Shown here: positions 16,595-22,664 of the stretch, piece by piece | Layout: every line of letters begins with the position of its first letter | How positions within the stretch are numbered: position 1 is the first letter of the stretch | Assembly: GCF_000014265.1 (NCBI RefSeq) | Contig: NC_008312.1 | Coordinates: 1,290,001-1,322,000, forward strand | Reading direction: 5' to 3' | DNA: 32,000 bases | Origin: Trichodesmium erythraeum IMS101 | GTDB taxonomy: Bacteria > Cyanobacteriota > Cyanobacteriia > Cyanobacteriales > Microcoleaceae | Program-made: the position numbers and the translations under genes | The notes under the pieces: model-generated | The model's database searches: none | What the model was told of the DNA's origin: nothing | The model's input: the letters and a program-made list of their open reading frames with translations, nothing else

Positions 16595-17410
16595 TTAACT
16601 TTTCATATACTGACCTTTACTTAACCAGTATAAAGGAGGAATAATTCCATAAGGTTTCCATTTCAAAGGTTCCCGTAAAATTGAGTGAGAACTGCCTAAT
16701 TCATCTGTACGATTTGGACGGGGGTCATTTCGATGTAAAACACCAAAGGTAGATATAGCATAAAACTGTAAATTTTGCTGAGGAATACGCTTTTTTAAAA
16801 TATTTGTTGTTCTGGGTAAATGAACTTTAAATATATCTAATTCTGGGTCAAGACGACCAGGCCATATTTCTCCTCTTTCACATTTACTCATTGCTATGGC
16901 TAGACGTAAATCTTGAGTACGATCTTTTTCATCTATTAAGTTAATAAATTTTTCTATTACGTTACTATAAAATATGTCGTTTCCTGGTTCCCATTTATGG
17001 AGTAAAATTAGACAGCCAAGGTTATCTTTTATCATACATTCATCGAAAAATTCTTGATGTAAAGTGTTAGACATTCCACTTTGTAATTCATTAAAAATTT
17101 CCCCTGGGTAATCTCGGACTACTAGGTTGATTTCTTCTGGTTTTCTTTGCCACCAATGTTTGATTTCTATATGAAAAGAATACAAGGGTAAATCGTAAAA
17201 ACTTTGAATTTTAATTCCGTCGATAATGGTTGGTTCTAAAGAGGCTCCATTTAAAATAATATTCTCCGCTTTAGTAGCTAAATTTTTAGCATCATTAGTA
17301 ATAGCTGTAATTTGAAAGTTAGGATTAGTTTTTTCCGGCCAATAAGCTAATCCTGCTAGATAAGTTGTTTTGCCTGCACCAGTAGGTCCAATAATACAAA
17401 TATTCCCCAT
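16595..17410 (-). CDS. Divergent Ras-like (TRAFAC-type) P-loop NTPase, paralogue A
   Basis: 271-aa ORF. Walker A GPTGAGKT (nt 17366-17389), LEPT, D-Y-P-G-E, S-K-C-E where NKxD is expected, S-T-F-G, and a C-terminal W-K-P-Y-G-x3-P-L-Y-W motif. Lies 58 bp upstream of paralogue B. Confidence 0.85.
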   Translation of the reverse strand: MGNICIIGPTGAGKTTYLAGLAYWPEKTNPNFQITAITNDAKNLATKAENIILNGASLEPTIIDGIKIQSFYDLPLYSFHIEIKHWWQRKPEEINLVVRDYPGEIFNELQSGMSNTLHQEFFDECMIKDNLGCLILLHKWEPGNDIFYSNVIEKFINLIDEKDRTQDLRLAIAMSKCERGEIWPGRLDPELDIFKVHLPRTTNILKKRIPQQNLQFYAISTFGVLHRNDPRPNRTDELGSSHSILREPLKWKPYGIIPPLYWLSKGQYMKS

Positions 17411-18365
17411 TTTTGTTTGGTTAAATCTCTAAGTTTTTAGGTATTTAAACTATACAGTGCTACAGCGCTATGGTCCTACTTTTCTAATGGTAGATAGGAA
17501 CACGCAATGCTTAGTGTGGGAGCAAAATGCTCTGAAATAATTAGAATGGACGGGACAACTATTGTTATCTACCACTATCTATAGTAATTCCCACGGTTAT
17601 AATTTGCCTCGAGATTTTGATAATTTTGATTGACCAGAGAACCAGGGATATGGTTTCTTTGGGGGCTGCTTAATTCTAGTGCTAAATGAGTTTTTCTGAG
17701 GGAGCGATCGCTTCTATAAACTTCTCCCATTTCAGTTATCAGTTATCAGAGATTATTTTTCAATTTTGGTGGTTTTGGCATCATAAATATGTATGAACTG
17801 GTTTACTCAAAAAATGATACTTTTGTCGGGAGGTTCTACCTAACATTTATCTTTTGTGAGTCTGAGTCTTTTCTGTTGTCTAATTTGTCTTAATTATTAT
17901 TAGCAGAATTAGCTATTTTTTCAAGGGCTGGCATCAGATTCTGTTATCTGAATATATCTATTTGATTTTTCAATTATTCGACTTTTTTTCTGGTAATTAC
18001 AAGGTTTTTATGGTCTTTATTAATTCCCTCAGATTCTGTTTTCTGACTATATCTATTAATAACAATTTAATTGACTTAGGTTACACTACTGTCTATTAGC
18101 TGCAAATTTAAAATAATTTCCTCAAACTACTGAGGGTGTCAAAGTTTTGATTTTTTTAAATCTGATTTTTGAATTTTCAATTTTTCGATTTTTTAACTTT
18201 TTTTCTGGTAATTTATAGGCAATAAATGTCAAATAATTTCCTCAAACTAATGAGGGTATCAAAGTTCTTGATTTTGATTTTTGATTTTTGGTTAGCTATG
18301 TATTTCATGTCTGACTAAGTGCAGTTAACCTAATAATATGTTATACATATTTTATTCCTTATTCC

Positions 18366-21300
18366 TTGATTAAGTCAATGCTGTTTAACCCCTTTCTCCG
18401 TAAATTGCGTTTTTTGCTGCTGTTGTTGTTGGTGCTGTTGGTGGTAAATTTGGGGCATGTTCGAGCTTCTGAGGAGTCACCGCCGGCAGACTGGCAACTC
18501 CAGGGAATATTGGCGGCGTTGGATGATCCTGATCCTGATGTTTGGGTTAAAGCTTTGAAGAAAATGTCTGAGTATGACCTTAAACCTGTTGAAATTTCAT
18601 CAGAGCGGGTTGAACAAATTGGAAAATTGCTGAGTCATGAAAATTGGCATGTCCGTTCTGCAGCAGCAAGGGCAGTGGGTGAGATGGGGGCGGAGGCTAA
18701 AGTTTTGATTCCCCAGTTGCTGCAGTTGTTCAGGGATGAAAATTCGGGTGTCCGTTCTGCAGCAGCAAGGGCAGTGGGTGAGATGGGGGCGGAGGCTAAA
18801 GTTTTGATTCCCCAGTTGCTGCAGTTGTTCAGGGATGAAAATTCGTATGTCCGTGAAGCAGCAGTAAGGGCAGTGGGTGAGATGGGGGCGGAGGCTAAAG
18901 TTTTGATTCCCCAGTTGCTGCAGTTGTTCAGGGATGAAAGTTCGGGTGTCCGTTCTGCAGCAGCAAGGGCAGTGGGTGAGATGGGGGCGGAGGCTAAAGT
19001 TTTGATTCCCCAGTTGCTGCAGTTGTTCAGGGATGAAGATTCGTATGTCCGTTCTGCAGCAGCAAGGGCAGTGGGTGAGATGGGGGCGGAGGCTAAAGTT
19101 TTGATTCCCCAGTTGCTGCAGTTGTTCAGGGATGAAAGTTCGGGTGTCCGTTCTGCAGCAGCAAGGGCAGTGGGTGAGATGGGGGCGGAGGCTAAAGTTT
19201 TGATTCCCCAGTTGCTGCAGTTGTTCAGGGATGAAAGTTCGTATGTCCGTTCTGCAGCAGCAAGGGCAGTGGGTGAGATGGGGGCGGAGGCTAAAGTTTT
19301 GATTCCCCAGTTGCTGCAGTTGTTCAGGGATGAAAATTCGTATGTCCGTGAAGCAGCAGTAAGGGCAGTGGGTGAGATGGGGGCGGAGGCTAAAGATTTG
19401 ATTCCCCAGTTGCTGCAGTTGTTCAGGGATGAAAATTGGTATGTCCGTTCTGCAGCAGTAAGGGCAGTGGGTGAGATGGGGGCGGAGGCTAAAGATTTGA
19501 TTCCCCAGTTGCAGCAGTTGTTCAGGGATGAAAATCCGTATGTCCGTGAAGCAGCAGCAAGGGCAGTGGGTGAGATGGGGGCGGAGGCTAAAGTTTTGAT
19601 TCCCCAGTTGCAGCAGTTGTTCAGGGATGAAAATTCGGGTGTCCGTTCTGCAGCAGCAAGGGCAGTGGGTGAGATGGGGGCGGAGGCTAAAGTTTTGATT
19701 CCCCAGTTGCAGCAGTTGTTCAGGGATGAAAATTCGGGTGTCCGTTCTGCAGCAGCAAGGGCAGTGGGTGAGATGGGGGCGGAGGCTAAAGTTTTGATTC
19801 CCCAGTTGCTGCAGTTGTTCAGGGATGAAAGTTCGTATGTCCGTGAAGCAGCAGCAACGGCAGTGGGTGAGATGGGGGCGGAGGCTAAAGATTTGATTCC
19901 CCAGTTGCAGCAGTTGTTGATGGATGAAAATTCGGATGTTCGTGAAAAAGCAGCACGGGCAGTGGGTAAGATAGGAAAATTAAATACTCAGCAGATTTTA
20001 CCAATTTTAAACGCAGCTCATAGAAACCGAGATAAAGAAGCAACACTTCGTTTTCTCGCCTACTTTGTCAGTGGTGGAGAATATGATGCCCTTACCCTAA
20101 CTAAATGGTTAGGTTCACCAGAACAATATCCTTATCAAATAGATAAATTTAAGAATGAACGCCCCATTAGCCACGAAGAAGGCAAAAAAGTCTTAGAGCT
20201 TTTTGCAGAAATTTGGAAACCAAGTCAGTCCTTAGAATACTTACCTTTTGAATTGGAACGACAAATTAACATAGTAGTCGAAAAAGTAGATTGGCAACCA
20301 GAAGATCTGCCCCTACTCAAGAAACACTACAACAACCTCAAAGACGAAGACATCAACGCCAAAATAGTCGCCTTACAAGGAATACAATGGTTCTCCTACC
20401 TCTGGAAATTTCTACTCCTTCACGCCTTGACTTGGCTCATCCTCCTCTGCCTCTATGCCAAATCTCCCGAAATTCAAACCCTATTCTGGCATCCCCAGAT
20501 TCGCAAAATTGCCGGACTCGGTTACATCGGTTTATTACTCACCTGGATACCATCCCTCCGCCGCCTACTCTTTTCCCCCTTCCAACCCATTCTCATCGCA
20601 GACGCTGACCTCGACAGTTTCAACCCCCAAGATTACTTTTCCGACTCCAACGTTTGTCTCCAAAATACCCACAACCTACAACCCATCAAAACCACCATTG
20701 CCAAAATCCAATCTCCCATTGTCCTCCAAGGAGAATCAGGTCTCGGCAAATCAATGTTCCTGCGGCACTGGGCGAAAACCCGCAAAAATCTAGTAGTTTA
20801 CTTACCCGCCAGCAAATGTGCCCAAGGAGCGATCGCCGCCATCCAAAGCAAAATACCCATATCTCAAACAGACCCCAAATTCCTCAAAAGGCTGATTTAC
20901 AATAACGCCCTCGAAATTTGTATTGACGGTCTCAACGAAGTCACCCCCGACACCCGCACAAAAATTAGTTATTTTGTCGAGAGTCACTTCCGGGGTCATA
21001 TACTCCTAGCAACACAACCCCTATATTGGATCCCACCCTCAACAACCAAAACCTATGTTCTCCAACCATTGAAGCGTGAGCAAATTCGACAGTTTCTCCA
21101 GACTCGTCAATTTAACCCATCGGCAGAACCTTCAATTTCCCGGTCTGAATATGAAGAAGCTTGCGAAGAATACCTCGGAAAAACCTTCAATTCACAGAAG
21201 CAGTCAGAAGAAGAGCAGAAAACAGTACGTCGGTTACTATCAAACCCCATGGACTTAACTATTGTAGCCCAAATTCTTGCCCAGGGGAAAACCCCGGACT

Positions 21301-22364
21301 TGCTCAACCTGCAACAACAGCAGTATAAAGTCATGGCAGCAGAATACAAAGAGGTTAATTTTGATTCTTTTCCACTAACAGAGTTTGCCGAAACAACATA
21401 TCAGATGCGTCTCAACGATGAAATCAATATTCCGTCGGAGTGGAAAAAAGAACTCCAGACCATGGAAAAATACAAAATGGTTTTGCGCCGTCAAAAGTAT
21501 GTGGAAAATGACGTCGGTTCTCAATGGTATTTCCGCCATGATAAAATTCAAGAATATTTTATCGTCCAGACATTTATCGGTGAGGAAAATCAAAAATTAG
21601 AGGAACATATTGACGATCCCAGGTTTCGAGGAGTTTATCTATTATTAGCAACCCTCCTACCCTACCTAGAAGCCTGGTCACTGCGAGAGAAATTATTACA
21701 AAATGCAGCCGAAACCAAAGACCATGTTGTTAGCGACCAATTTATTCAACGCTTAAATTCTCGGTCGGAATTATCCAAAAATGGTGAGAATGTATACTTA
21801 AAGGAGTTAATAGAAGTTATGAAATTGCTTATTGCTGAGAAAAATAATAATATAAATAAGGAGTTGACAGAATTGACGAAATTGTTTATTACTGAGAAAA
21901 ATAATAATATAAATATTGAAGTTAACCCTAATATTGAAGCAAACCCTAATACGAGGAATAATTCAATGACAGATAATTCTGAATCAAAATATAACTTTAG
22001 CCAAGCCAGAGTTGGTAACGTAGTCGAAACAAATAATGGCAGTATGGGTAATGTAGTCGAGAAAGCCGAAAGTGGCAGTCAAGTTGTAGGAACTCAAAAT
22101 AACTATGGTTCCCAAGAAAAGCAAACCCTCGCCGAAGCCGCCGCCGAAATTCAAAAATTATTGAAACAATTAGAATTAAATAACCCCGCCGCGACAGACG
22201 CAGAAAAAGAAGCATTTGTCACCGCCTCCATTCCCCCAAACAACCGCCAACGTTTTGTCGGAGCATTGCAAGCATTAGGCAAAGAAGCCCTCAAAGAACT
22301 ATTAGATAACCCTTATATTAATGTGGGAGTAGCCACTGTTGAAGGGTGGCAAAACCCTAAATAA
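18366..22364 (+). CDS. NLR-like protein: signal/anchor segment, HEAT (PBS-lyase-type) repeat array, two hydrophobic segments, NACHT-type STAND NTPase, low-complexity region and conserved helical tail
   Basis: 1332-aa ORF with a TTG start at 18366 (alternative ATG at 18378). Has 13-14 33-aa HEAT-like repeats and hydrophobic segments at 20388-20459 and 20508-20558. Walker A GESGLGKS (20730-20753), Walker B LEICIDGLNEV, ILLATQP and the NACHT-typical NPMDLTIVAQIL are present. The tail reads QTLAEAAAEIQKLLKQLE...NPYINVGVATVEGWQNPK. Confidence 0.85.
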   Translation: MIKSMLFNPFLRKLRFLLLLLLVLLVVNLGHVRASEESPPADWQLQGILAALDDPDPDVWVKALKKMSEYDLKPVEISSERVEQIGKLLSHENWHVRSAAARAVGEMGAEAKVLIPQLLQLFRDENSGVRSAAARAVGEMGAEAKVLIPQLLQLFRDENSYVREAAVRAVGEMGAEAKVLIPQLLQLFRDESSGVRSAAARAVGEMGAEAKVLIPQLLQLFRDEDSYVRSAAARAVGEMGAEAKVLIPQLLQLFRDESSGVRSAAARAVGEMGAEAKVLIPQLLQLFRDESSYVRSAAARAVGEMGAEAKVLIPQLLQLFRDENSYVREAAVRAVGEMGAEAKDLIPQLLQLFRDENWYVRSAAVRAVGEMGAEAKDLIPQLQQLFRDENPYVREAAARAVGEMGAEAKVLIPQLQQLFRDENSGVRSAAARAVGEMGAEAKVLIPQLQQLFRDENSGVRSAAARAVGEMGAEAKVLIPQLLQLFRDESSYVREAAATAVGEMGAEAKDLIPQLQQLLMDENSDVREKAARAVGKIGKLNTQQILPILNAAHRNRDKEATLRFLAYFVSGGEYDALTLTKWLGSPEQYPYQIDKFKNERPISHEEGKKVLELFAEIWKPSQSLEYLPFELERQINIVVEKVDWQPEDLPLLKKHYNNLKDEDINAKIVALQGIQWFSYLWKFLLLHALTWLILLCLYAKSPEIQTLFWHPQIRKIAGLGYIGLLLTWIPSLRRLLFSPFQPILIADADLDSFNPQDYFSDSNVCLQNTHNLQPIKTTIAKIQSPIVLQGESGLGKSMFLRHWAKTRKNLVVYLPASKCAQGAIAAIQSKIPISQTDPKFLKRLIYNNALEICIDGLNEVTPDTRTKISYFVESHFRGHILLATQPLYWIPPSTTKTYVLQPLKREQIRQFLQTRQFNPSAEPSISRSEYEEACEEYLGKTFNSQKQSEEEQKTVRRLLSNPMDLTIVAQILAQGKTPDLLNLQQQQYKVMAAEYKEVNFDSFPLTEFAETTYQMRLNDEINIPSEWKKELQTMEKYKMVLRRQKYVENDVGSQWYFRHDKIQEYFIVQTFIGEENQKLEEHIDDPRFRGVYLLLATLLPYLEAWSLREKLLQNAAETKDHVVSDQFIQRLNSRSELSKNGENVYLKELIEVMKLLIAEKNNNINKELTELTKLFITEKNNNINIEVNPNIEANPNTRNNSMTDNSESKYNFSQARVGNVVETNNGSMGNVVEKAESGSQVVGTQNNYGSQEKQTLAEAAAEIQKLLKQLELNNPAATDAEKEAFVTASIPPNNRQRFVGALQALGKEALKELLDNPYINVGVATVEGWQNPK
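18639..20024 (+). repeat. In-frame tandem array: 13 near-identical 99-bp units (18639-19925) plus one degenerate unit
   Basis: The unit GAAAAT(TCG/TGG/CCG)...CGT(TCT/GAA)GCAGCAG(C/T)AAGGGCAGTGGGTGAGATGGGGGCGGAGGCTAAAG(T/A)TTTGATTCCCCAGTTGC(T/A)GCAGTTGTTCAGGGAT repeats with a 99-bp period. It encodes E(N/S/D)(S/W/P)(G/Y/H)VR(S/E)AA(A/V)RAVGEMGAEAK(V/D)LIPQL(L/Q)QLFRD. Confidence 0.95.
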
Positions 22365-22664
22365 TATCATCATGACTTACAGAAATTAACCAGAGTCAGC
22401 CTGTAGGTAGTTTCTAGCATTCGCCCTCCCCCTCATGTAGTGCCCGCGAGTAATTCCTGATGATATGCGGTTGAAGAGTTATGATTAAAATTCGTGATCA
22501 GGTAAGAGCCCCAAGTGTAGAGAAGGTTGAAGCCCTACTAGAAACCAAAACTTTTTGACCACTAATTATGTGGTGAAAATAACTAGAAAAATAACATAGG
22601 TTAGTTAACAATAACAGGAGTTACGCCAACCCAATAGGGGAGAGGTTTTGCGTAACCCCTGATT

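Noticed and set aside
18639-20024. A regular 99-bp periodic array that could be mistaken for a CRISPR array or for the variable region of a diversity-generating retroelement
   Set aside because: It has no unique spacers, and the whole array is one open reading frame encoding HEAT repeats. The variable positions are not restricted to adenines, and there is no reverse transcriptase or template repeat in the window.
20291-20905. Three overlapping + strand ORFs (105, 112 and 83 aa) rich in Pro/Ser/Thr inside the NLR-like gene
   Set aside because: They are alternative-frame shadows of a C-rich coding stretch. They have no independent start context or motifs and are fully contained in a 1332-aa ORF with clear domain motifs.
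22621-22663. Inverted repeat GTTACGC...GCGTAAC just downstream of the 22665-23981 gene, a possible bidirectional terminator for the convergent gene pair
   Set aside because: The loop is about 23 nt and there is no clear U-tract, so it is too weak to call an intrinsic terminator from sequence alone.
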